64,000 bases of DNA from assembly GCA_024231215.1 (NCBI GenBank), contig JAAEQR010000072.1, positions 257,210-321,209 on the forward strand. The letters are read 5' to 3'. The stretch comes from PVC group bacterium (GTDB lineage: Bacteria > Omnitrophota > Gorgyraeia > B26-G9). The notes under the pieces were generated by a model that saw only the letters and a program-made list of their open reading frames with translations, was not told where the DNA came from and ran no database searches. The translations under genes and the position numbers were made by a program. Positions 1 to 9,638 of the stretch are shown piece after piece (within the stretch, counting starts at the first letter, position 1; every line of letters starts with the position of its first letter).

Positions 1-3000
1 AAAAAGAAGCAGCACAGTATATCGCGACTATTGGGCGCTCTCTGGATTCGTTAAAACCATATATCTATAATGAAGGGCTGACTGAAATTGACGAGCTTAA
101 AAAAGGGCGGAGTACAGCCAAAATATCATTTAGTCAATATGTTGTAGGTCTTGCTGATATGTTGAGGGAATATTCATTGTCGGTTGAAGCTTATCCGGCA
201 TTTTTTGAGTTGCAGAAAGTAGTAAAGTTGGAAGGAAAGGTGGATTTTGTTAAGGCAGATGAGGATCGGGCAAAATTAATAACTGCTTTAACCGAAGGCA
301 TCAATACTAAAGAAGATCTGGTTGAACTTGTAGATAAAAGTCTTCAGTTTAAAAAAGGAACTTTAACTGCTTCGGTTTATGCTAACTTTTTAAAGGATAT
401 GGCATTTAAGATCAGGCTTAATCTGGCGCCTTATGAAGAGTTTTGCACATACGCTGATTATATCAGCAGTTATGAAAAAGTGCCTAATGATCAGCTTTTT
501 GCGGAAATAAAATCAGTTGAAACAGCTTTACGTGACCAAGTTTACACAGATGATACTCAGAAGGAGCTGGATAAGCTGTATACACATCTTGGTATTTTGG
601 ATAAGCTTGTGAGTTTAACTATGCTTACCGAAGATATTGATTATTTTTTCGAGTATCAAGAAGAAATAAATACAGATACTTTTAGTCAATTTGTTGAAGA
701 ACAGGCAGAAGAGCTGGCAGTGATGGTTGTTTTGCCGGCTGATATTTCCTATCTTGATGTATACCTTCCCATTTGGACAAAATTCTATGATTTGGCCCAT
801 GAACGGGATATCTCTTTGATTGAAAATACTCTTAGCAAAATGGATTCAGATGATATGAATTTTGCGGCTTTGATAACGGGAGGATTTCATACAGAAAAAC
901 TTGCTAAAATATTAAAAGAGAAGAATATTTCGTATCTTGTACTTACTCCGCGTATTTCGCAGCATGATACTACCCCATACTTGGAACTTATGGGCGGGAA
1001 ACAAAGTATTCTTGATGATTTTGTGGAACAGATGCAAAGTACTTTGCAGACGATGAGTAATCTTATGGAAACAGACGGCAGTATGTCGACTGAGACACAG
1101 CAGATGGTAAAAGACAAATCAGATTCTTTTAAAAGCGCGGTTATTATAACTTCATTTGGCAGATTTGCTGCGCAAAGAGCTTCAGAAGGGATGACAAATA
1201 TTGAAGCAGTAAAAGAAGAATTCAAAGAGACGTTTACCCAGAATGTGGATACAGATCTGAAGGGTTTAGTAAAGAAAGTGATTGATAATGAAAATCTGAC
1301 CGTGAAATTAACCCCTGGCAGTGTTCAGGGGATTGCTACGGTAGGATTAAATAATAATAAAAATGCTTCACTGGTTTTTTCCTATACAAAAGAATCCGGC
1401 GCATCTGGCCAGCAATTTGCGGTATTGGATAAGGAGCCGGTGATTATTCCGGTGGCTACAGGTGCGGCAATTGCTTTAGCTGAAGGTATTGGTATGGATT
1501 TAATGAATGCTTCTCCTAAAGCTGTTATTCAGGCTTTAGTTGAATCAGGTGTTTCCGGGAAAGAAGTCAGGGCTCAAACATACGCGGCGATTAGTAAAAC
1601 AATAATAAAACTCAGCAGTCAAACCGGAATTACTACAGCAGAAGTTAAAGCTGAATTACAAAATACAATGACTGAAACAGCACTTCCTGTAGATAAACAG
1701 GAACAGCTGGTAAACGTGCTGACTAACTTTGTTGTAGGGGTAGAGGAAGCAAAGACTCCAAGTGCTAAGATAAATATGCTGCAGGCAGTAATTGATATTG
1801 CTCCGGTAGCAACCAGAATAGGTGAGGCAGTATCAGTTGATTTAGGATTAACTGATACTAAATCAGTTGATGTTATAACGCAGGGAGCAACACAAATAAG
1901 TAAAACCCCACAGCAGAAGAAAAACATTGTGGCTAATATGGCTAAGACATTAAATATAGAAGTTGCGATTTTAAATACAGCTATAGATTCAGCTATAATG
2001 CCGGCGGTGACAGCGGAGAGTCCGGCGGTGATACGTACCGCAAAGTCTGTAGTTGCAAAACTTGATTTATTCACAGCCCAGGTAGAAACAGTTAAAACAA
2101 GTCTAGCTCAGATAAGTATTAACCCAGAAGCAAAAGCCCAGATAATTACGGATTTAGCGGAGGCATTAAACTTTGATGCCGGAACGAACTTAAGTATTAC
2201 ACAGGTGACTAATGCCATAGACACGGCTATTATAGGAGAGACAGTAACAGTTAATGCCGGAGAAATTAAAACCGCGTTTGTTCAGCAGGGTATGGATGCG
2301 GGGCTTGCGGCTGATTTAGCAGATGTTGTTAAGGCAGAGTTGGGCATTAATGCCAATATTGAGACAATTGACGCATTGGCTGATATTGTATTGGAAAAAA
2401 CTCAGATAGATGTTACCGCAGCGGGAATAGATGAAAATACGCTAAAAAGTCAGTTTACACAGGGGTTAAGTACTGTGGTAGTGACCGCAGCAGCGATTCA
2501 GCCGGCTAATGTTAGCATAAGTAAAGTTGCTGATGTAGCGGATACCGGAGCTCAACAGCAGGCTGAAGCAATTGTCGCCCAGATCAGTCCGGAGCAGGTT
2601 GTCGCAATTAGAGGGTTAGTAGAACTCCAGCAGCCGGATATGAAGGATAAAGCGATTGAGGTTACAGGTGGTGATGTGCTGGTTTCGGAGATAAAAGGTG
2701 CTTTGGAGAATGTGGGCATAAATGCTGAAAATACGATTATGACTATAAGTTTGGGTAATTATAGTGATGGGGTTAAGGTTAATGTTACGCATATCGGAAA
2801 GACAAGTTTTGTCAGTATTAGCTCAGTGAATAAAAGTACGGAAAAAGTGGTTAAGAATAAGAGCAGTTCATTGCTATCCAAAATTGTTGCTTCTGTGGGA
2901 GATGATTTACAGATAAATAGCGATTGGTCAAAAATAAGCTCAAGTATGGCGGAATATCTGACCAGTACGAACGCAGAGCGTTTAACAGATTCCGGCCTTC

Positions 3001-3746
3001 CGATAACCGTAGCAGATAACAATCGAGAGAAGATTGGTAAAAAAAATGTTCTAGCAATAGATATGCGTTATTTGGCTACAGTAGAAAAATTAGAAGATGG
3101 TAAAGGAGTTACGCTTAAATTGTCAGCTGTGGGAAGTGAGGCTATTTTTGAGGCGATTACTAAGAAAATAGATATTATCGCGTATATCCCGGAGGAGATG
3201 ATGGGTGAGCAGGGAAAAACCATGGATACGCATGATTTGGTCAGAGGCTTAGAAGAACTAGGAATTCCCATGGAACATTTTAGCCTGGTGGTAGATAAAA
3301 AGATTGCGCAGCATGTAAGTGGAGTAGAAACAGTATCGCTAGAAACAGTAAAAGCTGTTGCTGAGAAAAAACACGGGGCAAATAATGTACGCATGCATTT
3401 TGCTGTGCAGGATAATCCAGATGATGTGGCGATACTTCAAAAAATGGAGGGAGTAACTTATACTGTGTTTAAAGCAAAATTAGAGCCAACTGAAGTACGT
3501 GTTATGGATTATGATATGCCGAAGATGCTTACTTCCATGATTCTTGGCAAAAGCCAGGAGTTGACCCAGGAAGATAAAGAGGCTGCAGTTGGGGTGATTT
3601 TGGCATCTATAAACGTTGATTGGTCTAAAGCTGATTTAAAGACTTTTTCCGAGACAGGATTAGAATCTTTGAATGAAACCACCAACAAGACAGAGTATTT
3701 GGATAAAAAATATGAACTTGTAGTAGCTTTTGGTACAGAAGCATAA
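1..3746 (+). CDS. 5'-truncated large secreted/hypothetical protein (ORF open from window edge; >1,240 aa in window). First ~300 aa in window align with the C-terminal two-thirds of the 529-aa paralogue at 3945..5534 (through a shared '...DISYLDVY...TGGFH...SYLVLTP' block), then a ~900-aa Ala/Thr/Val/Ile-rich low-complexity extension
   Basis: Frame 3 has no stop from nt 3 to 3746 (translated nt 3-158: KEAAQYIATIGRSLDSLKPYIYNEGLTEIDELKKGRSTAKISFSQYVVGLADMLREY..), so the gene starts upstream of the window. ~50% identity by eye with ORF 3945..5534 over the PADISYLDVYLPIWTKFY...ITGGFHTEKL...SYLVLTPRIS region (GGFH at nt ~876-890). Confidence 0.7.
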   Translation, partial: KEAAQYIATIGRSLDSLKPYIYNEGLTEIDELKKGRSTAKISFSQYVVGLADMLREYSLSVEAYPAFFELQKVVKLEGKVDFVKADEDRAKLITALTEGINTKEDLVELVDKSLQFKKGTLTASVYANFLKDMAFKIRLNLAPYEEFCTYADYISSYEKVPNDQLFAEIKSVETALRDQVYTDDTQKELDKLYTHLGILDKLVSLTMLTEDIDYFFEYQEEINTDTFSQFVEEQAEELAVMVVLPADISYLDVYLPIWTKFYDLAHERDISLIENTLSKMDSDDMNFAALITGGFHTEKLAKILKEKNISYLVLTPRISQHDTTPYLELMGGKQSILDDFVEQMQSTLQTMSNLMETDGSMSTETQQMVKDKSDSFKSAVIITSFGRFAAQRASEGMTNIEAVKEEFKETFTQNVDTDLKGLVKKVIDNENLTVKLTPGSVQGIATVGLNNNKNASLVFSYTKESGASGQQFAVLDKEPVIIPVATGAAIALAEGIGMDLMNASPKAVIQALVESGVSGKEVRAQTYAAISKTIIKLSSQTGITTAEVKAELQNTMTETALPVDKQEQLVNVLTNFVVGVEEAKTPSAKINMLQAVIDIAPVATRIGEAVSVDLGLTDTKSVDVITQGATQISKTPQQKKNIVANMAKTLNIEVAILNTAIDSAIMPAVTAESPAVIRTAKSVVAKLDLFTAQVETVKTSLAQISINPEAKAQIITDLAEALNFDAGTNLSITQVTNAIDTAIIGETVTVNAGEIKTAFVQQGMDAGLAADLADVVKAELGINANIETIDALADIVLEKTQIDVTAAGIDENTLKSQFTQGLSTVVVTAAAIQPANVSISKVADVADTGAQQQAEAIVAQISPEQVVAIRGLVELQQPDMKDKAIEVTGGDVLVSEIKGALENVGINAENTIMTISLGNYSDGVKVNVTHIGKTSFVSISSVNKSTEKVVKNKSSSLLSKIVASVGDDLQINSDWSKISSSMAEYLTSTNAERLTDSGLPITVADNNREKIGKKNVLAIDMRYLATVEKLEDGKGVTLKLSAVGSEAIFEAITKKIDIIAYIPEEMMGEQGKTMDTHDLVRGLEELGIPMEHFSLVVDKKIAQHVSGVETVSLETVKAVAEKKHGANNVRMHFAVQDNPDDVAILQKMEGVTYTVFKAKLEPTEVRVMDYDMPKMLTSMILGKSQELTQEDKEAAVGVILASINVDWSKADLKTFSETGLESLNETTNKTEYLDKKYELVVAFGTEA

Positions 3747-3770
3747 ATCTGGATTTCGAGTAACGAATAT

Positions 3771-3810
3771 GAAGAGGTTGTTATTTATTTAACAGCCTCT
3801 TTTTTATTTT
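3771..3810 (+). terminator. Rho-independent terminator after the truncated gene
   Basis: Inverted repeat aagaggttgtt / aacagcctctt (1 mismatch) with loop atttattt, followed by tttttatttt. Confidence 0.6.
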
Positions 3811-3853
3811 ATATAAAGTATGGTAAAATAGATGTTATTAGTATTAGCTTGCG

Positions 3854-3882
3854 TTGACAGGTTGAAAAACAGGTGGTATACT
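3854..3882 (+). promoter_or_regulatory. sigma70-like promoter: TTGACA - 17 nt - TATACT
   Basis: ttgaca at 3854-3859 and tatact at 3877-3882, ~60 nt upstream of the AGGAGG RBS of the 3945 gene. Confidence 0.55.
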
Positions 3883-3944
3883 TGATTGTTTTTATTATAA
3901 CCTTGTTTGTAAAATAAAATTCATACTTTAAAGGAGGATGGGGA

Positions 3945-5534
3945 ATGCAGGAAGTTAAGGGAAAATTGGCAAAATTATTCATATTGATTGTAGTGTTTGG
4001 GTTAAGTGCAGGGGAAGGTATTTCCTTTGCCCAGGATGTAGCAGAAGAAGAATCGCAAAAACCTAAAGATATCTTTAATATGGTAATTCCTTCAGACTGG
4101 GGGCGTGTCAGAGATGTATATAAAGGAAGCAAAGGCCAAAAGCAGGTAATTGTCCATATTCAGGATGCGCATTGTAACTACGATGCCCAGACAAATATTG
4201 GTAATATTTTAAACAAACTGGTAGAAGAATACGGTCTGAGCATAGCGGGTATAGAGGGAGCAACGGGCAAACTGGAGACAGAAGAGTTTTCTAGTTTTCC
4301 CGAAGATGATATCCGATATCAAGCTGCAGATTACTTTGTGCGCCAGGGTAAAATGAGCGGGGCGGAAGCTTTGGTTATCAGCCGGGGGGTAGAATATCCC
4401 TTGGAGCTTTACGGGATTGAAGATGGAGTATTATATTTAGATAACTTTAAGGCCTACCAGACATCACTTCCTTTTAAAAATGAGGCAAAGGTATTTTTCA
4501 TCAATCTAAAATATGCTCTTACCCGACTCAAAATGTTTTTATATAATACCGACTTGCTTGAATTCGATGTGCAGAAAAACGAGTTTGAGAAGAAAGTCCT
4601 ATCGCTTAATGATTATATTATTTTTCTATCTGGAGAAATGGCGAAGTACAATATTAATAAAACGGGATATGAGAATCTTTCTCGGTTGATTAAAGTAAAT
4701 AAAACAGAAGATAAGATAGATTTTGCTAAAGCAGAAGAAGAACGCACTAAATTGCTGACCGAACTTACCGGGATACTCTCAGAAGATGATATAAAAGCAT
4801 TACTTGATCAGGGAGTTGACTATCGCAACGGAAATATAACGGCAGCTCGTTATCTTGAGTTTGTTAGAGAACTGGCTCAGAATAATGAGATGAATCTTGA
4901 AGATTATAAGAACTTGGACCAGTACATTGATTACTCAGAAACGTATGATAAGATAAATAGTGCTTTGCTGTTTGATGAGATATGGCAGATTGAAGATGCA
5001 ATAAAAACTAACCTTTATACCGATGATGAGCAGGCAAAGCTGGACCTTTTGATTCGTGGGATGGAGACAATGGAGCGGCTTGTGGATATTAAGATGGTTA
5101 ACCGGGATCTTTCTTTTTATCAGGAACATAGTGACGAATTCAAGACAGATTCATACTATACCTTTATTACTAAGCAGGTAGAAAGATTCAAACTTGATAT
5201 TAACTTGCCTTCTGATATTAGTTACTTAGATGTTTATATCCCAGCCTGGGTCAATTTCTACAAAGTTGCGGGGAAAAGAGACGAAGCAATGATAGATAAC
5301 ACTATAAAGGTGATGGTCGAGAAAGACCGGAAAATAATGGCTATGGTTACCGGGGGCTTTCATACCCGGGAGCTGACTCGTATTATGCGGGATCGAGATG
5401 TCTCCTATATAGTTGTTACTCCGCACATCAAAAGCAATGAAGGTAATCGTTATTTTGATCTGCTTACCGGGGGAAAGACAGATTTAGAAAACTTCGTAGA
5501 AGCGATGAGTGAAGAAGTAACTTTGAAAGAGTAG
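3945..5534 (+). CDS. Secreted protein, QDAHC/GGFH paralogue family (possible TIKI/TraB/GumN/ChaN-like metallohydrolase fold)
   Basis: AGGAGG RBS 8 nt upstream of ATG; N-terminal signal peptide (KLAKLFILIVVFGLSAGEGISFAQD). Motifs VIVHIQDAHCNYDAQ, AGIEGATG and C-terminal VTGGFHTREL..SYIVVTP. The x-D/E-x-H-x-N N-terminal block and the C-terminal GxxH resemble the GExHD and GxGH signatures of the ChaN/TraB/TIKI superfamily (from memory, not searched). Confidence 0.8.
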   Translation: MQEVKGKLAKLFILIVVFGLSAGEGISFAQDVAEEESQKPKDIFNMVIPSDWGRVRDVYKGSKGQKQVIVHIQDAHCNYDAQTNIGNILNKLVEEYGLSIAGIEGATGKLETEEFSSFPEDDIRYQAADYFVRQGKMSGAEALVISRGVEYPLELYGIEDGVLYLDNFKAYQTSLPFKNEAKVFFINLKYALTRLKMFLYNTDLLEFDVQKNEFEKKVLSLNDYIIFLSGEMAKYNINKTGYENLSRLIKVNKTEDKIDFAKAEEERTKLLTELTGILSEDDIKALLDQGVDYRNGNITAARYLEFVRELAQNNEMNLEDYKNLDQYIDYSETYDKINSALLFDEIWQIEDAIKTNLYTDDEQAKLDLLIRGMETMERLVDIKMVNRDLSFYQEHSDEFKTDSYYTFITKQVERFKLDINLPSDISYLDVYIPAWVNFYKVAGKRDEAMIDNTIKVMVEKDRKIMAMVTGGFHTRELTRIMRDRDVSYIVVTPHIKSNEGNRYFDLLTGGKTDLENFVEAMSEEVTLKE

Positions 5535-5612
5535 TTAAAAAAAACAAAGACCATGATTGCAAGTTATTTATTTATAACACGTTATGAATATAAAAAAAAA
5601 TTGCGATACTCT

Positions 5613-5640
5613 TGCAAAATATAAAATCGTGTGGTATACT
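5613..5640 (+). promoter_or_regulatory. sigma70-like promoter: TTGCAA - 16 nt - TATACT
   Basis: cttgcaaa at 5613-5618, gtggtatact with the hexamer at 5635-5640; shares the GTGGTATACT -10 context with the 3854 promoter. Confidence 0.45.
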
Positions 5641-5780
5641 TTATCAACTTCTTTGTTTTACTTGTAATAATTTTTGTAGATTTTAATCAGTTTTAAAGTT
5701 TTGGGGCAGTTGAAAAAAAGGAAGAAAAAGTGAAGGAAAAAATGAAGAGTTTAACAATGGGTGACAAAAAAGGAGGAAGT

Positions 5781-7691
5781 ATGTTTAGAAAGGTATTATC
5801 GGTATTAATTATTTGTTCTTTTATGTTTTCTAATGCTTGTTTTGCTATGCCCGCAGCCGCTATACAGGCGAATGTGGATAATATGGCTTTGCAGAGCTTA
5901 GCGCAGGAATTTAAAGGAAATGTAGACCAAAAATTCGTAGATGCTTTTAAAACTAAAGTTGAGGCTGATAAAGCGGGATTTAGGGTATTATTGACTTTAT
6001 TAACCGGTAATAAATATGCTGATGATCAAGCAGCATTCGACACGATCATGGAAATGGCAAAAACTAGTAAACAGGACGGGGATTCGGTAAGTGATTTTTT
6101 ACTTAAAATGAAGATGAAAGTGGAAAAGGGTGTTGTTACCGGAACAACCCAAGGTGGTGTTACTATTAGTGCTACTGAGGAAAATAATAAGGTAGTAGTG
6201 AGTGACTCGAAAAGCTTAGAAGCAGAGATTGCTGCTGCAATACCTGGAAAAAATGCGCACAATGGTCGCTGGGATGTAACAGCTGAAGAAAAAGCTACTG
6301 GCGAGCTTATTACACTTGATGTTATCAGTGATGAACAGATGGAAGCAAGCGAAGAACTTACAGCTGCGGAATATAAGGCAGTAGAAGCAGCAATTGCAGA
6401 TATTAAAGCTGATGCTGAAAAGAATGCAGATAAGATGACTGTGGAAGAAAAAGCAGCAGTTGACAGATTAGACGATATGCTGAAAAATCATCAGATTAAA
6501 TCTATTGTAGATGTAGTAGAAGCACAGCATAAATATTCTTTTGGTGTAGAAAAGGAAAATGCTGATAAAAGCTTTACTTTCGGAGTTGGCAAAGCTATTC
6601 TTTCTCATGAGAATAAAAAAGTTTTAAAACAGAATATTTTACACTCAGCTTTAGCTGCAGGTAATGAAGGAAGTTTTGAAGCGCATTTAGATGTTATTAA
6701 GCGTCAGGCTGTGATTACTTCTCAGGATGAAGCAGACGAAGTTGGTACAGCGATGAATAAGTTGAAAAATGATATGTTGAAAAAAGTCACAGTAGATAAT
6801 GTTATTAAAGAAGGCAAACAGCTTAATACAGCTGAAAGTAAAAAAGTATTAAAGGATGCTGGTCTTGCGCAGGGTGATATGACCGATGACGTAATGGTGG
6901 ACTCGGTTAATAAAGTAATTGCAGAAGGATATGACCAGGATGTTCGTATTCCTATGATTTCATCTGGAAAAATATTCAATAAAAAGTTAAGTGCTGTTAA
7001 ATATAGACATGGTAGAGGTAGTAAAACTTCAGCGGCGTTGACGGTTAAAGAATTGACTGATATGATTAAAGAAGGAAAAGCTACAGCTTTAACTAAAGAG
7101 GTTAGTACTTTCCTTGATAAAAGTGTGGATGAAAACGGCGAATTAATGCCGAATACTGTTTTATCATCTCTTTTAACAGTTGCTCAAGAAGTAGGAAAGA
7201 ATACAGAGATAACTGGACCTAAACCGTTGAATATTGTTGATCTTGATGATACATCTTATGCTCGTTTAGAAGAGATTATTAAAGTTTGGGATGTTGCGCA
7301 TGTATTTAATCTTCAAAAAGGAAGTGCTAAGAGTTTGAATATTAGCGGAAAAGACTTGTCTATAATTCATACTGTCCAGGAACAGGATGCTATGGAAAAA
7401 GTAGACGGTGCGTTTTACCTGCCTTTGGATGGTAACTTGTTAACTCAGATGGCAAATGGTGAGGCAGTAAGTGAAATCTATGATATCGGAAGTGTATTAA
7501 TCGCAGCAATGACTCAGGATGTTACTAAATTGGGATTAACTGCCGATGCACAAAGTAAACTGAAAGCTCTTAGAGCAGACGGTAAAATAGATCTTCAACC
7601 GGTACTTACCGTAAGAGTTGCTGACGATGCTGCTTATCAAGATAGTTTTAAGCAGTTTAAGATTACATTGGCCCGTTTAAGAAAGGCGTAA
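5781..7691 (+). CDS. Secreted hypothetical protein (Ala/Lys/Glu/Val-rich, ~637 aa)
   Basis: The ORF track starts at a GTG at 5730, but AGGAGG at 5771-5776 sits 4 nt before ATG 5781 (MFRKVLSVLIICSFMFSNACFAMPAAA), a typical signal peptide. No recognisable catalytic motifs. Confidence 0.7.
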   Translation: MFRKVLSVLIICSFMFSNACFAMPAAAIQANVDNMALQSLAQEFKGNVDQKFVDAFKTKVEADKAGFRVLLTLLTGNKYADDQAAFDTIMEMAKTSKQDGDSVSDFLLKMKMKVEKGVVTGTTQGGVTISATEENNKVVVSDSKSLEAEIAAAIPGKNAHNGRWDVTAEEKATGELITLDVISDEQMEASEELTAAEYKAVEAAIADIKADAEKNADKMTVEEKAAVDRLDDMLKNHQIKSIVDVVEAQHKYSFGVEKENADKSFTFGVGKAILSHENKKVLKQNILHSALAAGNEGSFEAHLDVIKRQAVITSQDEADEVGTAMNKLKNDMLKKVTVDNVIKEGKQLNTAESKKVLKDAGLAQGDMTDDVMVDSVNKVIAEGYDQDVRIPMISSGKIFNKKLSAVKYRHGRGSKTSAALTVKELTDMIKEGKATALTKEVSTFLDKSVDENGELMPNTVLSSLLTVAQEVGKNTEITGPKPLNIVDLDDTSYARLEEIIKVWDVAHVFNLQKGSAKSLNISGKDLSIIHTVQEQDAMEKVDGAFYLPLDGNLLTQMANGEAVSEIYDIGSVLIAAMTQDVTKLGLTADAQSKLKALRADGKIDLQPVLTVRVADDAAYQDSFKQFKITLARLRKA

Positions 7692-7774
7692 CAATACTTT
7701 GCAAGGAGACATTAATTTGTCTCATTGCTTTATTTATGTTTGTTGTAGAATACTAAGTTTAGCATAAGATGGGA

Positions 7775-7816
7775 GGGCGGGCGAAACAAATAATCATGTT
7801 TCGCCCGCTTTTTTTG
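7775..7816 (+). terminator. Rho-independent terminator
   Basis: gcgggcgaaaca / tgtttcgcccgc, a 12-bp perfect stem with 8-nt loop, followed by ttttttt. Confidence 0.8.
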
Positions 7817-7847
7817 TGTGGGGATTGAAAAATTCAGGAGGTGTTTA

Positions 7848-9539
7848 ATGGGTATGTGGGGGAATGAAAGTTTGCGGCAAGGGGGCATGCTTGTGAATGC
7901 AAAGGAGATACTCAAGAATAGTATTGTATTCACATGTATTTTATTATTGATATCCGGTGTTTATTTGAATACCTGTAATGCAGAGTCTTTTTTAAAGACT
8001 AGAGTTGAGAAGATTGATGCTCCTAAGTTAAATGAGATTGATCGTATTAAGCAGGTCTTGCGGCATTTGGATATCCCGAGGGATGTTGGTTTTGTAAAAG
8101 AGATTCATACGCCTACTAATCCAAGTGAAAAACTGGTAATTAATATTCAGGATTTACATTGTCATTATCAAGCTCAAAAAAATATTGCAGCGTTGATTGA
8201 TCATCTTACAGATACATTCGGCTTGAAACTTGTTGGGGTAGAAGGTGGTTCTGGAAAGATAGATACTACATTCTATAAAGAATTACCCGATGAAAAAGTA
8301 AAAGAACAAGTAGCTGATTATTTCCTGCGTGAGGCGCGGATTAACGGAACAGAATACTTTGCTATAAATACTAAAAAAGATATTGCTCTTTATGGGGTGG
8401 AAGATCCGAAATATTACGATAAAAACTTAGATGCTTTTTTAACGGCTTTACCAAAAAGAGAAAAAATCATGGACGATATTGCGGTCTTGGAAAATGATCT
8501 GAATATATTAAAAGATCGTATTTATAATAAACGTTTAAAAGAACTAGATGATACTGTTGTGGCTTATGAAAACGGTAGTTTGCCGTTTGAAGATTATGTG
8601 GTATATGTTGCCGAGCAGTATGAAGATGGTAAATTAAAGCGTGATTTTAGAGAGTTGGCAAAGTTGGTTGATAGCATTCGAATAAAGCGTAATCTGAATC
8701 TGGAAAAAGTCGGGAAACAGCGGGAAAAACTTGTTAAGTTTCTAACTAAGAAATTACCGCGGTTGGAAATGGAAGATTTTTTAAAGATAACCATGGAGTT
8801 TAAGGCAAAAACAATAAAAGGGATGAAGTATCATAATAAAGTTAAAGAACTTTACGATAACCTTGATGCAAAAACAAAGACACTTGACCGGGCCTGGCCT
8901 GAACTTAGTAAGTATATAGTATATTTAAATAAATATGAAACTTTGGATAACTTTGCGATGTTTACAGAGTTGGATAAGGCTGTGGACAGGGTAAAAAGGA
9001 ATGCTTATACCAGCTATACTCAGAAAAAATTAGATCATAACTTAAAGACAATTCGTTTGGCGCGTAATTTATTTGCTACTAAGTTACTAAATCGAGATAT
9101 ACCGTCGATAAAAAAATATCGCAGTGATTTTAATTCTAAAAAGATGGCGAAGTTTATTGCATCTCAGGCGAAAAGATTAAAACTGGATCTACCGTTGCCG
9201 ACGGATATGGAGGAGATGGAAAAGACACTTCCTATAGTAGAAGATTTTTATTATTATGCTTCAAAACGCGATAATATTTTGGCTGAGAATACCTTGAATA
9301 GTATGAAAGCAGAAAATGAATGTATTGGTATTTTGGTTGCTGGTGGTTTTCATAGTGATGGGGTAGGTGAATATTTTAAAGATAAAAAAATAAGCTATAT
9401 AGTGTTAGCGCCTTATGTTGATGAATTAGAAGAGGATGATACGCGCTATATTAATGCTTTACAGGGCAAAAAGACTCCGTTTGAAGAGCAGTTAGAGAGA
9501 GAAGAACAATTAGCAAAAAATGAAGAAGAACAAGAATAA
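7848..9539 (+). CDS. Secreted/membrane-anchored protein, QDAHC/GGFH paralogue family (third copy)
   Basis: CAGGAGG at 7835-7841 with ATG at 7848 (track start 7818 lacks an RBS). Motifs VINIQDLHCHYQAQKNI, VGVEGGSGKIDT and VAGGFHSDGV..SYIVLAPYV mirror the 3945 gene; hydrophobic N-terminal segment IVFTCILLLISGVYL. Confidence 0.75.
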   Translation: MGMWGNESLRQGGMLVNAKEILKNSIVFTCILLLISGVYLNTCNAESFLKTRVEKIDAPKLNEIDRIKQVLRHLDIPRDVGFVKEIHTPTNPSEKLVINIQDLHCHYQAQKNIAALIDHLTDTFGLKLVGVEGGSGKIDTTFYKELPDEKVKEQVADYFLREARINGTEYFAINTKKDIALYGVEDPKYYDKNLDAFLTALPKREKIMDDIAVLENDLNILKDRIYNKRLKELDDTVVAYENGSLPFEDYVVYVAEQYEDGKLKRDFRELAKLVDSIRIKRNLNLEKVGKQREKLVKFLTKKLPRLEMEDFLKITMEFKAKTIKGMKYHNKVKELYDNLDAKTKTLDRAWPELSKYIVYLNKYETLDNFAMFTELDKAVDRVKRNAYTSYTQKKLDHNLKTIRLARNLFATKLLNRDIPSIKKYRSDFNSKKMAKFIASQAKRLKLDLPLPTDMEEMEKTLPIVEDFYYYASKRDNILAENTLNSMKAENECIGILVAGGFHSDGVGEYFKDKKISYIVLAPYVDELEEDDTRYINALQGKKTPFEEQLEREEQLAKNEEEQE

Positions 9540-9638
9540 TCTATTGTTTTCGCCTTGTGGCGATATTAGGGGCGATGGATGTAAAATATTGTAGGGGCAG
9601 AAGATTTTCTGCCCGAGATTAGGTAGGAGGAATTTTCC

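Noticed and set aside
615-3394. Minus-strand ORFs of 61-151 aa inside the first large gene (615..800, 887..1225, 1619..2074, 2759..3022, 2851..3057, 3068..3394)
   Set aside because: They are fully embedded antisense to a long, clearly coding + ORF, their translations are low-complexity with Cys/Ser/Ile runs, and none has an RBS. They are typical shadow ORFs.
9540-9638. Two small hairpins (tcgcc-ttgt-ggcga; gggcag-aagatttt-ctgccc) after the 7848 gene
   Set aside because: Neither is followed by a T-run. The second sits only ~25 nt before the next gene's RBS. They may be weak terminators or processing sites, but the evidence is insufficient.
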